From assembly GCA_964016885.1 (NCBI GenBank), contig OZ024742.1, positions 87,110,001 to 87,174,000 on the forward strand: a stretch of DNA of 64,000 nucleotides. Direction: 5' to 3'. Shown piece by piece: positions 31,296 through 44,714 of the stretch (the first letter of the stretch is position 1; each line of letters starts with the position of its first letter). The DNA comes from Eledone cirrhosa. Its lineage: Eukaryota. The position numbers were made by a program, and so were the translations under genes. The notes under the pieces were generated by a model. That model saw only the letters and a list, made by a program, of their open reading frames with translations. It was not told where the DNA came from and made no database searches.

Positions 31296-31482
31296 TGGAT
31301 TGGCAATATCGGTAAAGGGTCGGACGCCATGCTGTGCAGCCAAGAGTTACGGCCCTTTACGGTCTGAGTTCAAATCCCGCCGAGGTTAACTTTGCCTTTC
31401 ATCCTTACGGGGTCGATAAAATAAAAGTACCAGTAATACGCTGGGATAATTGCTGGCCTTGTACCAAAAGTAGAAACAATTA
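31296..31482 (+). mobile_element. tRNA-derived SINE
   Basis: gagttcaaatcccgccgaggttaactttgcctttcatccttacggggtcgataaaataaaagtaccag. Confidence 0.9.
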
Positions 31483-31495
31483 TACAGATGAACAC

Positions 31496-31701
31496 GCCGG
31501 TTTTAATGCGGGGCAAAAGGGGCAATGGGGGCCTCATCATCGATGCCGTAGCAATCTATTCGAGAACTCTGGTGGGCTTTTTAGTTTTGAATTCCAATTA
31601 CTTCCAACAAGCTGTGTATACGATTTTTTTTGTGTGTAAGAGCGGACTACCCCTTAAACTAATCTGAATACACCCGCCCCCATTGTCTAATCAAACCCGG
31701 C
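31496..31701. mobile_element. Possible decayed MITE (GC-rich gccgg/ccggc and ggggc/gcccc ends)
   Basis: Loose inverted similarity of the ends only. Confidence 0.3.
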
Positions 31702-31833
31702 ATATAATCCGAAACATACGATGTTAGATGAATGATGAATAGATGAGTGGAAAATGTGTGAGAACAGTCAGAGCATATACTTGCTGTGAAGAGAGTGGAA
31801 TGGAGATAGAGAGACTGATAGAGAGAGAGAGAA

Positions 31834-31936
<103 letters not shown>

Positions 31937-33176
31937 AAAATAACCAATAAGGGACTTGCAGAGAATAATTTGTAGTAATTCTTTTGGAAACGAGTATGCA
32001 TTATATGACCGACCGATTGGATAGATTGATGTAATTAAATTTAAAAAAAAACATACATTGTAAGATTTTTCCAGAAATTGCACCCACATATATATGGATA
32101 CACATTCACACACACACACATGCATATATATATATATATATATGGGGGGGGGGGGGTATGCATGAGCTTATTTATATGTATGGTTTGTGTGCGTGTTAAT
32201 GGGCAGGCAGTTTGTAGAATGTAGTTGGCTGTAATCTAAAACCTCCACTGCAAAACCTTCATACCGAAATGAATAGAATATAATCGATTTCTCCTTGAGA
32301 GAAAATGCTAGACATGTAAGAAATCTGATAAACTATAGTACCATGGAACAGAATACTGTATATATTTAGAAGTTGCCGATAACACATTGTACACCAATAT
32401 TTCGAAGAGTGCGATAAAAGTAGAGGTTAAGATCAAATGTCACTAGAGAGACAGGATGGAGCGGTTTTAAGTTCACTGATCGATCAAGAATCTTCCGAGA
32501 CCACTCCCACAGAAATCCATATTGTACATGTGAAGAATTCAGCTTGGCATCTAACACATAATATAAATATAAGAACATTTGAGATGAGAATGTAGATTTA
32601 TGTCGATTTTAAGTGAATAAATACCGTAACTTGTCAAATGCATCATGTTATCAGTCACACATTTTGTACAATACTTTTACTGCAGTGCTTTTGAAATAAG
32701 CATGAAGCTATTCTAAAATTCTGCAGAGACATGCCTATCTTCCAAATCTAAATACATTTCAACATTCTTATTCTTAACAATTATATTTTATATCCTTACA
32801 AATATATAAAAAAAACACACGCACATGAACATCCGCAATACGTCACTCTGTTTAGGTCTATACTTCTCTTCTGTCTCTTACTCGCTCCCTCTCAATATAT
32901 ATTTGTCTATTTATTGTAATCATCATGCACGCATCAATCAGTTTAAGAAATACAAATACACTATATGTTTACTACTTGTCTTGACAGTTTCCACTTTGGC
33001 AATTCTCTCGCAGTCGACTTTCATACTTCTGAACATCATCCTCCCCTTCTCACTATTTTTCTTTCAGATTTTGCCCAGATTTTTCAAGTCGCTACTCTTT
33101 GGCGAAAGTAAGCACATACATGGCCCACACACACCCACCCACACACATACACGGGCGCGCGCATAATGTATGAACT

Positions 33177-33279
<103 letters not shown>

Positions 33280-33506
33280 GTATATATCTCTCTATCTATG
33301 GCGGGTAAAATTACCGAGATAGTTATTTTCAATGGCTGGTAATACATTACCGGCGCCACGCGGATAAGGCAATGCAGACCTGAGAGTGGTAAGGGGTAAC
33401 TCCATATTCCCTACAGCCCATGAACTCATGAACGCCTTGCCAATGGAAGTAGTTTAATGCCATGCCCAGGACATTTATATATATATATATATATATATAT
33501 AGGAGA

Positions 33507-34554
33507 ATGTTTTACCCCGACGGCAGAGCTCAATCCGTTTCGACGGCTATTTCTGGACTAAATTAGAATTTTTAGCGTGGTAAATAAATAGGAGTTGGTC
33601 CTTCGTAAACAGCATTTAGAAACAACATACTCCACGCCAAGAAGACAGTCCTCCTTTTCGACAACTCCAAGTGGATAAGGAGAGCTCCTGATCCCTCTTC
33701 GACGTCAGTATTACAAATGCCGTTTACAAAGAACCAACTCCTAAACAAAAAAAGATGAAATTATAACTGCATGTAAAAACCGATTAAGTAGGACTTACTT
33801 GATCCTCAAACCCCCTCATGACCCAGGTGGGGAGACAATGGCTGCAACATCCTCCTTTTCCCCACTTACCGAAAAAGATAGCTGAAACCCCAGCTAACAT
33901 AGGTAGATGTACTCCTGTTCTTTGTCGTTTCGTCTCTCCGTTATATCTTCCTATCACTTCCTTCCACTCCATATCCTCTTCCTTTTCCTTTTTCCTCTTT
34001 CGCCTACCCCGAGGCAGCCGATCAGGATTTTGTAGCCTCAGTACCCCAGTAATGTATATATAGCATTGGCCGAAAACGCAATGCCAACTAAATATAGCAG
34101 CTGTTTTAGACTTTAAATATATTTTATTACTTATTACTATCCAATTATATAATTTTATATATACTTTTATTTATTTATTATCTTCTAATCTCAATGTTTA
34201 ACCTATGTTATAACGTCCCCTTTCTATTTTTCTCCAGAATCCTTTTTCGCCTGCTTCCTATCAAGCTTAATTTCATACACATTCCTTGGAATTTGCTGTA
34301 TATAATTCACTCTCAACGCTTGACCCGTTCCACCCACTCCCTCATTGTGCTACAGGCAAGTTCAGCAAGTACCGCCATAAAAATGTTATTGTGTTTATAA
34401 GAAATGTTGATCGATTCTTTTGACAACTACGATCTTCCCATATAAGGAATTACCCCTTGAAAAGTTCGGGTATTTATTTACCACGCTAAAGATTCTAATT
34501 TAGTCCAGACATAGACGTCGAGACGGCTTGAGCTCTGCCCTCGGTGTTAAACAT
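33507..34554. mobile_element. Non-autonomous DNA transposon-like element with 84-bp terminal inverted repeats
   Basis: 33507-33590 is the reverse complement of 34471-34554 with about 8 mismatches. There is no transposase ORF inside. Confidence 0.7.
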
Positions 34555-35079
34555 GATTATGCTGAGTAGGAGGAGGACAATTTAGTGTTTTACAAATCTA
34601 CAATGTCGGATATCCATGAATATTATAGATGATATATTAATCAAATTTTCGTGACGTCGACAAATGTCCAAAATAGATCTGCGACTCATAAGAAAACATT
34701 TTGTGCGCTCATAGGTGGATAGTAAAGTACGAATATGTAAAGTTACAGTATCTATAATAATGTAGTAGTTTATACAAGTGATTAATTAAGGTAAAACTTA
34801 ATTTTGTGATAATACATTGTAATTATAGAATTACATGTGTCAATGTTGAAAAGGATATTAAAGATCTAATGTAAATGTCAAGTAAAATTGATTGAAGTTC
34901 AACACTAAAATATTGTATGATTCACCTCAACTAGAAATAGAATGATGTTAATGAATCTATGTTGAAGCGGTGTTCACTTGAGCATCGTTCTGTAATAGGA
35001 GTTGAGTAGTGTAATCTGATATTAATCATTAGTCAATGCACGTATGCGTAAATACTACTGCTACTACTACTAACACTAC

Positions 35080-35081
35080 TA

Positions 35082-35120
<39 letters not shown>

Positions 35121-36025
35121 TTTTCTTTATTAACCACAAGGGTTTACATAAAGTAGACATTAAGGACAATACAGGACAATACAGGACGGTACAAATGGGC
35201 ATTTCTGCGTGTAAAAAAACAGAGGATGTAATAAAATAACAATGAAACATTTCCCAATAGGGGGAGACTTCCGAGGGACATTTGTGGAGAAAGCCCATTA
35301 AAAGACCACAGTGACTCTAACCACCAGGGCAAGTGCCCTCTCCCAGTTTTCCACCTTTAATTAACAGACACATACTCAGAGAAGGCCCATTCATTCGGAC
35401 CATACTTGCTTCTCTCACCCATCTTTCAACAACATGCTGGGAAGAGAGCCCTTCCCTCTCTACCCTGATTTTCCTTTTCAAATGAAATTTGAAAAAGTTA
35501 ATCAGGGCATTACCGAAGAGGTAAGTGCTCGTCTTCAGCCCTTTCAAACGTGTCCACCATACTATCTCTTTCGCCATGGCCAACATACAGATAAAAACTG
35601 CCTGCCCTTCCCGACTAAAGGAAGAGGGCGGGGCAATCCTCACGATGGACTCAGCTGATAGTTGGATCCGTCCTACACGTGACAGCAGGTGTTCGACATA
35701 AACCCACAAGTCAGCAATGCTCGGACACTGGACGAGTGCGTGCAGGACGGCTTCGTCGGCCTGGGCGCATCTCGGACATGCCCGGCTGACGGCACCTCCA
35801 TGCCTGTAGAGTTTATCCCGCACTGGCAAAGCACCCCGGTAGCACTGCCAGGCCAGGTATTTCTGGAAGTTGTCCATAGGCCCCGGCCCGAAAGTCCTTC
35901 CCAAGAGATTGGCTAGTTGATTTTCGTCGACGCTTAGAGTTTCTCCAAGTGCGTCGTCGCTCTTACCCTCCACTAATCCCCTATAGAACGCCAAGGTGGA
36001 GTTTCCACCGATCACATTGCCCGAT
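35080..36025 (-). mobile_element. Tx1/L1-like LINE 3' end (zf-RVT CCHC domain), 5'-truncated, with (TTA)n tail
   Basis: ORF 35317-36015 contains LAWQCYRGALPVRDKLYRHG..CPRC....E...HALVQC...LW...AKEIVWWTR. The 3' UTR with aataaa is followed by an (ATT)n tail. Confidence 0.85.
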
Positions 36026-36029
36026 TGGT

Positions 36030-36912
36030 AATAATAATAATAATAATGTTTTCTTTATTAACCACAAGGGTTTACATGAAGTAGATATTAAGGATAATAC
36101 ATGACAATACAGGACGGTACAAATGGGCATTTCTGCGTGTAAAAAAAACAAAACAGAAGATGTAACAAAAAAATAAGAATGAATAATTCCCCAATAGGGG
36201 GGAGACGTCCGAGGAACATTTGTGGAGAAAGCCCAATAAAAGGCCACAGTGACCCTGACCACCAGGGCAAGTGCCCTCTCCCAGTTTTCCACCTTTAATT
36301 TACAGACACATACTCAGAATAGGCCCATTCACTCGGGCCATACTTGCTTCTCTCACCCATCTTTCAACAAAATGCTGGGAAGAGAGCACTTCCCCCTCTA
36401 CCCTGATTTTCCAGTTTCAAATGTAATTTGAAAAGGTTAATCAGGGCATCACCGAATACGTAAGTGCTCGTCTTCAGCTCTTTTAAACGTGTCCACCATA
36501 CTATCTCTTTCGCCACGACTACCAGACAGATAAAAACTGTCTGGCCTTCCCCGCTTAAGAAAGAGGGCACGGCAATCATCACGATGTACTCAGTTGATAG
36601 CCGGATCCGTTCTACACGCGGCAGCAGGTGTTTGATATAAACCTACAAGTCAGCAATGCTCGAAAACTCGACGAGTGCATGCAGGACGGTTTCGTCGCCC
36701 TGCGCGCAAGTCGGACATGTCCGGTTGACGGCACTTCCATGCCTGTAGAGTTTATCCCTAACTGGCAAAACTCCTCGGTAGCACTGCCAGGCCAGGGATT
36801 TCTGGACGTTGTCGATAGGCCCCGGCCCGAAAGTTCTTCCGAAGAGATTGGCTGGTTTAATTTCGTCGACGCCTATGTACGTCGTCGCTCTCCCCTCCAC
36901 TAACCCTCTATA
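36030..36912 (-). mobile_element. Second tandem copy of the same Tx1/L1-like 3' end, more decayed
   Basis: Collinear with 35120-35990. The ORF pieces are 36643-36900 and 36364-36582. Confidence 0.85.
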
Positions 36913-36924
36913 GAAAATAATAAT

Positions 36925-37101
36925 TTTGGCACAAGGCCAGCAATTATCCACTAAATTACTGGTACTTTATGCTATCAACCCCGTAAGGATGAAAGGCAAA
37001 TTTAACATTGGCGCGATTCGTACCCAGGATGGCAAGGGGCGTAACTATATGCGTCAAAGCATAGTGTCCGACCCTCTACCGATACTCTCAATCCACCGCC
37101 C
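36925..37101 (-). mobile_element. tRNA-derived SINE
   Basis: Same family. Candidate TSD gaaaataataat at 36913-36924 and 37104-37115. Confidence 0.85.
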
Positions 37102-37189
37102 TTGAAAATAATAATAATAATAATAGTTTCTTATATAAGCACAACGCGATCTATTTTGGGGGAGAGGAAAGTCGATTAAATCGACCCCA

Positions 37190-38477
37190 CTGAACAAAAA
37201 AACATGAAGGAATTGATAAGATCTGAGTACATATGGAGAGTAAGGAACATATTAAAATCACATCTAAATAGTAGAAATGTCATAAGTGCAGTGAATTCCC
37301 GAAATGTGTCTATTATTAGGTACATTGTGGGAATTCGGAAATGAAATGTTGTTGAACAAAAAGAAATGGATAGGAAGACTAGGAAGCTATTGACTATCTA
37401 TAACATGTTCCACAAGAGGAGTGATGTCGATAGACTCTACTTAACTATATATGAAGGTGGAAGAGGTGTGATCAGCATAGAGGACTGTGTTCAGATGGGA
37501 AAAAACAACCTGCTCAAATATGTGACTGTCAGTAGGAAGTCAATGCTCAAAATTGTACTGAAGGGGAAGACAATAGACCCGGGTATATCCAAGGAGGAAA
37601 TAACAACAACGAGGAAGAGTAACCTTCATGTAAAATCCCTTCATAGTACCTTCTTTAAGAAAACAGAATTTAGAGACCACATACATTGAACTGGTTAAAA
37701 AGAGGAGACCTTAAAAAAGCTAGAGAGGGAATGCTAATGGCTGCGCAAGAGCAACTCCTCAAAACGAAGTGGGTGAAACACCATATTTACAATGAGAATG
37801 CTAGCTCAATGTGTAGGATCTGTGGAGAGAGAGAGAAGAGACGGTGGCTCACATTTTATCCGAGTGTAAACACCTAGCCCAAACTCACTATAAAGGCTGG
37901 AGACATGATGTGATAGGCAGGGTGATCCACTGACATCTATGCAAAGTAAACAGTTTACCACATTCTGAGAAGTAGTATGAACATAAGCCATATTCGGTGA
38001 TAGAAAACGATCAGGTGAAAGTGCTATGGGATTTTAGGACACAGACGCACAAGAAATTAGAACACACTAGGCCTGACCTGGTGGTTTAGATCAAGTAAAA
38101 TAGATCGTGTCTGATTGTACATGTAGCCTGTCCAGTTGACACGAGGGGTCAAGATAGGAGAGGGAGAAAATTGACCGATACCATGATTTAAAGTGGGAGT
38201 TAAAAAAGATTTGGAACGGCCATGAAATTGGGACGATTGGCATAGGCGCACTAGGTTCTATCTCCAAAAGTTTCCCAAGGATGGTTAAATAAGATTAGTC
38301 CAGTCCCATTTTTTTAAACACTTCAAAAGGCATTCTTGCTGGGACACAGTAAGAACCCTCTGATACGTCCTGAATATCTGAGGCTACAGGTAGCGGCTTA
38401 GTATTAATTTCAACAAACTTTCCAGTTAAATAACATCAACAACTGAGACTCAAATAACAATAATAATAATATTAATG

Positions 38478-38573
<96 letters not shown>
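37190..38573 (+). mobile_element. R4/Dong-like RLE retrotransposon, family B, 5'-truncated and decayed, with long (TAA)n tail
   Basis: MDRKTRKLLTIYNMFHKRSDVDRLYL..GGRGVISIEDC; WLKRGDLK..EGMLMAAQEQ.L.T..CRICGE; WDFR....HTRPDLV. (TAA)n runs from ~38460 to 38573. Confidence 0.88.
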
Positions 38574-38574
<1 letters not shown>

Positions 38575-39210
38575 GAAGAAGAAGAAGAAGAAGGGAAGAA
38601 GACGCACGAGGTGGTAGAACGTCACGAAATTGCTCCCGTAAGTTTTTTGATTTTTAACATATTTAAATCAATTGTGAAAGAACAATTCTTAGCACAAATG
38701 TTGCATAAAGGCACCGAATGAGGTCCCATAAAGTTTCGGATCCATATTATATTGTTGTATCGCTCAAATATTCAATTTTGTATTATATATTTTGTATTCA
38801 AAAAAGAAAATGGTTATAAATGGAACAAAACACCCTCTGTCTACACTATATAGAACAGCAGCAATTTCAATTTCACCAACACCAGAAACTTGATACACTT
38901 GATACACTACCTATCCCATCACACTAAATATCATTTCACCAGCATCATAATAATAATTACTATTATTATTGTCTCAAATTTTAAAAAATGTTTAATTCAA
39001 ATTTTACGGGAATATGTCAACACAAGATATAATAAAAATATATATTAAACATACGAACACAAACTCATAGATACTATATCAGTAACCACAACACCACCGC
39101 TGCCACCACCCCACCACATCTATCATCGCCCCCACCACTCATTCAATGCTACTGACACTATTCCCCTGTTAACTTGAGAGAGAAAAGGGAAGGTGGCTGT
39201 AGCACTAGAC

Positions 39211-39538
39211 AAGAGAGAGGCTAGCAAAAGATATAAATAGATTGATTTGGTGACCTTGCCACGGCCAAACGTCTATATCAACAATTATGGGACTGCTGGC
39301 TCACACCTTCCTCACCAACAATATAAAAAGCCCCGGCACCACCAGCGACATAGCCAACAACAATAACAGCCAACTACAACAAAAAGTATATTATATTATT
39401 GTAATGCACTGGGTGATTGCTGGCCTTGTGCCTGGAGTGGAGACAATTATTAATAATTTCATTCTTAAGCCACGCAATGCTCACATTAAGGAACCACTCA
39501 TGATAATAACAATTTAAAAAAAAAACAACAAAAAGAAA
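39211..39538 (+). repeat. ~325-bp direct repeat, copy 1 (copy 2 at 44715-45032), bracketing the R4 cluster
   Basis: Collinear match, including an embedded SINE tail (gcactgggt..ccttgtgcctggagtggagacaatt). Confidence 0.9.
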
Positions 39539-42500
39539 ACCCCGTGTCCAAGAAATACCGGGATGGCGGCCGGCGGGGAATAGCCATGTCTCTAGGGGAG
39601 AACGACCCCTCTAGTCTTGGTTGACACTCGTTCTAGAAGTGGTAACACGAAATGATTACCCCTTGGCGGATAAGGATAAAACGCGACAAAATAAAGTAAA
39701 TGTCTAATGATAAAATATCATACCGGATCGGCCGTCACCCGGGTAAAAAAGGGCCGCGTCCCTCAGAGAGGAACCAGACTGGGGTCGAACAATCAGCTAA
39801 TGGTTCAAACCTTCCCATCACTTCGGAGCTGGAGACCTCCCATAACCGGAATACTCCTACTGTTTGCCCTCCATGCTCACCACCAAGAAATCCAAAGAAA
39901 AAGAGAGAAAAATGGTCAAGGGAAGATAATAAAGAAGTCCTTGAGGCTTTCTACACTGCCATGTACTACCCATCAAATACATCGAATACAGAACAAACAT
40001 ATATCAACTGGAAAAAGAAACATCCCGAAAACAGAGGCTATATTGACAGTAACAAACTAGCCAATATAAGAAGAAATATTGTAAGAAAAAAGTTACTAAC
40101 TGATATAGAAATTGATCAGATCAAGCTAGTAGCACAAAGTCAGCGAAGGGAAAATGAAGCATGTGTCAGTGAAAACGAGGTAAACTGTAACACTTCGAAT
40201 CCCAGGGTTGGGGCGGAATCACTGGCAACAGAACAAATTAAAGAAAGGAGCGAAAAAGTGGAGGGAATGCATGCTCAGGATGAAACTGCAAATGAAAATA
40301 ATGAGATCGTAAATGATAAAGAAATGAATGAGAATGAACTTGCCAACTTGAAGGATGAAATTATGATCGAATGGATGAAAATGAAAGAATCTGACATGGG
40401 GCAACGAGACACCCTCCCTAAGATCCAGAACTCCAAACAGAACCAAAAGATAATACACAAGACTAACATAATTCTCAAAAACATTATCATCACAAACAAA
40501 CTAAACATTACTGACTTGATTCATCTATATTATGCATCGGCTAAAGTCACCACTCACTTATGTGGAGTGAAGATGAAAAAACAAAGGAATTCCCACAAGA
40601 AATCTACTTGGCAAGATAACATCAATCGCCAAATAAACCTTCTCCGATCTGACATAGAAATGTTAACAAACTATAAAGTAGGTGAACATGTTAAACAAAC
40701 TAAACTTAGAAAATTGAAAAAAAAGTACAGTATAAGATCAACATGTGACATAGACATGCTGATAGAAACAATCAAGCAAAAAGTGTCGGCCAAAGCTGCT
40801 CGTATAAGACGCTTTGAAAAACGATCTAGATTCTATAAGGACAATAATATGTTCAAAAACAACCAAAGAAACTTCTACAGAAAAATTGGTAAGACAACAA
40901 TAACTGCTAAATCAATACCACCCAAGGAGGAAGTGCAAGAATTCTGGGAAAAGATCTGGGCCGAAGAAAAAGGTCATAACATACATGCCCCATGGATAGA
41001 CAGACAAATGAAAGAAACAGCTCAACTTGAAGAACAAACATGGGAAAATATAACAGTTGAACAGCTGCGCTTGGCTCTAACTAAAACCAGCAAATGGAAA
41101 TCCCCAGGAAAAGACAAAATACAAAACTTTTGGATAAATGCCTTCACAGAGTCTCATGAGCTGTTAGCCCAACTTTACAATGAAATAGTTAAGGAGCCAG
41201 AAAAGATACCATCATGGCTAGTTAACGGCATTACATTCCTGCTACCGAAGAATGATGAGACAAACAATCCCAAAAATTACAGACCGATAACCTGCTTGAC
41301 CACAATGTATAAAATGTTAACATCAGTCCTAACTGAATACACATATGACCACCTGATAACAAATGACCTATTTCCCATTGAGCAGAAAGGGTGTAAACGA
41401 GGCTCATATGGCTGTAAGGATCAGCTTCTGGTTAACAAAATGATACTGGAAGATTGTCATAATAGACACAAACATCTATCGATTGCTTGGATAGATTATA
41501 AAAAAGCATTCGATAGTTTGCCACACAGTTGGATTGAAAAATGTTTAGAGATTTTCAAAATATCCCCCGTTGTCAGGAGGTTTTTGTCATTCAGTATGAG
41601 GACATGGAGAACGACACTCCTTTTGAATAGTGAAACAAAATCACTGGAAGCTGGAGAAGTTAACATTAATTGTGGAATTTTTCAGGATGACTCTTTATCA
41701 CCGCTTTTATTCTGCATCGCACTTATACCATTAAGTATAATGCTCAATGAAACAAAACATGGATATAGAGTCTATGACAAAACCATTAAGCACCTGTTCT
41801 ACATGGATGACCTGAAACTATTTGCAAAAAATGATGAACAATTGCAAGGGCTATTATCCACTGTGAAGCAGTTCAGTGATGACATTAAAATGGAGTTTGG
41901 ACTGGATAAATGCGCCAAAGCAACGTTCACCAGAGGAAAGCTGCTGAAGAGTTCAGACATTAATCTTGATCGGGGGAACGTGATAAGAGAGCTTGATAAA
42001 GAAAAAACTTACAAATATCTAGGTGTTTGTGAAGGAGACGGAATCAAGCACTCGACAATGACGGAAAGGATAAGGAAGGAATGTTACCGCAGAGTAAGAG
42101 CAATCTTAAGAACGGAATTGAATGCAAGTTATAGGATCGATGCCATAAACACGCTTGCTATACCAGTAGTAAGCTACAGTTACGATGTCATCAACTGGTC
42201 AAGCACAGAGATCCGTAGGCTCGATACAAAAATCCGAAAATTCTTAACCATGCACAGAATGCATCACCCTAAGGCATACATAGATAGAATATATCTCCCT
42301 AGGAAAGAAGGAGCACGTGGGTTAATCCAGTTAGACATTGCGTTGAAAACTGCAACAATTGGATTATCCACATATATAAGGGAATCACATGATTGGATGA
42401 TCAAACTCGTTTTGAAACACGAAAGCACCAAAAGATCATATTCCATTACAAAAGATGCACAAAGATACAGTAATGGACTACACATTTCAGAAGTCCCATT

Positions 42501-43514
42501 TACTGCTGAAATGGAAAACACAGAAAAAGCAAAGCAGGTAAAAGTAACTGCAAAGAAAGAACTGCTACAGAAACTGGCTAAGAAATGGCAAGAAAAGCCT
42601 CTGTATGGAAAATACCCAGAGCGAGCTAACAATCCTGATGTTGACAAAACTTTAACCCATCAGTGGTTGGCATCCTCTGGACTGAAATCGGAGACTGAAG
42701 GACTGATTATATCGGCACAAGATCAGTGTCTGTCAACAAAAAATTACCAAGCCAACATAATAAAAAAATGGGTGCAGCCCATTATGCCGTGTATGCAAAC
42801 AACAACCAGAGAACATTGACCATATAATTTCAACGTGCAGTCCTATAGCTTCAACCGAATACCTAAACAGGCATGACAGAGCTGCACAATACATACATTG
42901 GATAATGTGTAAGCATTTTGACCTGCCCTATCAAAAGAATTGGTGGGGGCATCAACCACCTCCCATACTTGAAAAAGATCACATCTCAATCTTGTGGAAC
43001 TTTAGCATCCAAACAGACCGAAAAATAGATTCAAATAGACCTGATATAATATTGAAGGACTTTCAAAGGAGGGTATGCCTGCTAATTGATATGTCTGTTC
43101 CAATAGACAAGAATGTATCTATAAAAAGATTTGATAAATTGAGCAAGTATAAGGACCTGGAGATAGAAATTGGAAAAATGTGGAAATTGAGAACTAAAAC
43201 AATACCAGTGGTTGTAGGCGCTCTGGGAATGATACCTAAGGGGTCTAACGACTACTTATCGGAAATCACAGGAAACCCGCGTATAGGAGAAATACAAGAG
43301 ATAGTACTAATGGGAACTGCCCATGTACTAAAGAAGATACTGTCAATATAAGTACATCACAAGTCTAAACACTAAGGATGCATGTGTGAATATGTATGTT
43401 CTTTCTTGAACATGGCGGACCTTGTTGTCTCTTGAGGTCACTGGTTGTGACTTGGTGATAACTCGTATAAACATAAAGCAAGATAAATGCAAATAATAAT
43501 AATAATAATAATAA
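39539..43514 (+). mobile_element. Near full-length R4/Dong-clade non-LTR retrotransposon (family A): 5' UTR, single ORF, 3' UTR, (TAA)n tail
   Basis: Single long ORF with RT, CCHC knuckle and PD..D RLE. The 3' UTR spans 43352-43491 and is followed by (TAA)n. Confidence 0.93.
39700..43351 (+). CDS. RT + CCHC zinc knuckle + restriction-like endonuclease polyprotein (~1216 aa once a +1 frameshift in the A7 run at 42762-42768 is corrected)
   Basis: WKSPGKD, NYRPITCL, EQKGC, WIDYKKAFDS, GIFQDDSLSPLLF, HLFYMDDLKLF and YKYLG. After the shift: CRVCKQQPENIDHIISTC, RHD, NRPDIILKD..LIDMSVP..KLSKYKDL. Confidence 0.92.
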
Positions 43515-44001
43515 CCAGGCGGTGATGGAGAACAATCAGGTGAAGTTGCTGTGGGATTTTAGGATACAGACGGACAAAAAACTGGAACACAATAGACCTG
43601 ACCTGGTGGTTGTGGACAAAGAAAAAAGATCGTGTCTGATTGTGAATGTGGCCTGCCTTTTCGACACGAGAGTGCAAGAGAAGGAGAGGGAGAAAATTAA
43701 CCGATACCAGGACCTAAAGTGGGAGGTGAAAAGGATTTGGAACTGCCATGAAGTCAAAGTGATCCCGATTGTCATAGGCGCACTGGGGACTATCTCCAAA
43801 AGTTTCCAGGGATGGTTAAAGAAAATCGGCCCCTTCACGCTTTTTGGAACGCTTCAAAATGCATGCTTGCTTGGAACAGCAAGAACCCTCCGATACGTCC
43901 TGAATATCTGAGGCTGCAGGTAGTGGCTTGATATTCATTCCAACGGACTTTCCAGTTAACCAACATCAATGACTGAGATTCAAGGAATAACAACAATAAT
44001 A
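43515..44001 (+). mobile_element. R4/Dong family B 3' end (open RLE domain, ORF 43522-43911)
   Basis: LLWDFRIQTDKKLEHNRPDLVVVDK..EKINRYQDLKWE..VIPIVIGALG. The 3' UTR matches 38380-38455. Confidence 0.9.
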
Positions 44002-44011
44002 ACCATATAAT

Positions 44012-44714
44012 TATGACCATATAATTTCAATGTGCAGTCCTATAGCTCCAACCGAATACCTAAACAGGCATGACAGAGCTGCACAATACATACATTGGAT
44101 AATGTGTAAGCATTTTGACCTGCCCCATCAAAAGAATTGGTGGGAGCATCAACCACCTCCCATACTTGAAAAAGATCACATCTCAATCTTGTGGAACTTT
44201 AGCATCCAAACAGACCGAAAAATAGATGCAAACAGACCTGATATAATATTAAAAGACTTTCAAAAGAGGGTATGCCTGCTAATTGATATGTCTGTTCCAA
44301 TAGACAAGAATGTATCTATAAAAACATTTGAAAAATTGAGCAAGTATAAGGACCTCGAGACAGAAATTGGAAAAATGTGGAAATTGAGAACTAAAACAAT
44401 ACCAGTGGTTGTAGGCGCTCTGTGAATGATACCTAAGGGGTCTAATGATTACATATCGCAAATCCCAGGAAACCCGCGTATAGGAGAAATACAAAAGATA
44501 GTATTAATGGGAACTGCCCATATACTAAGGAAGATTCTGTCAATATAAGTACATCACAAGTCTAAACACTAAGGATGCATGTGTGAATATGTATGTTTTT
44601 CTTGAACATGGCGGACCTTGTTGTCTCTTGACGTCACTGGTTGTGCCTTGGTGATAACTCGTATGAACATAAAGCAAGATAAATGCAACTGTAATAATAA
44701 TAATAATAATAATA
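44012..44714 (+). mobile_element. Second, 5'-truncated copy of R4 family A 3' end
   Basis: Near-identical to 42817-43514, with a premature TGA at 44423-44425 and a (TAA)n tail. Confidence 0.92.

Noticed and set aside
40219-44494. Minus-strand ORFs within the R4 cluster, and plus-strand ORFs within the Tx1 copies
   Set aside because: They are antisense shadows of the retrotransposon coding frames.
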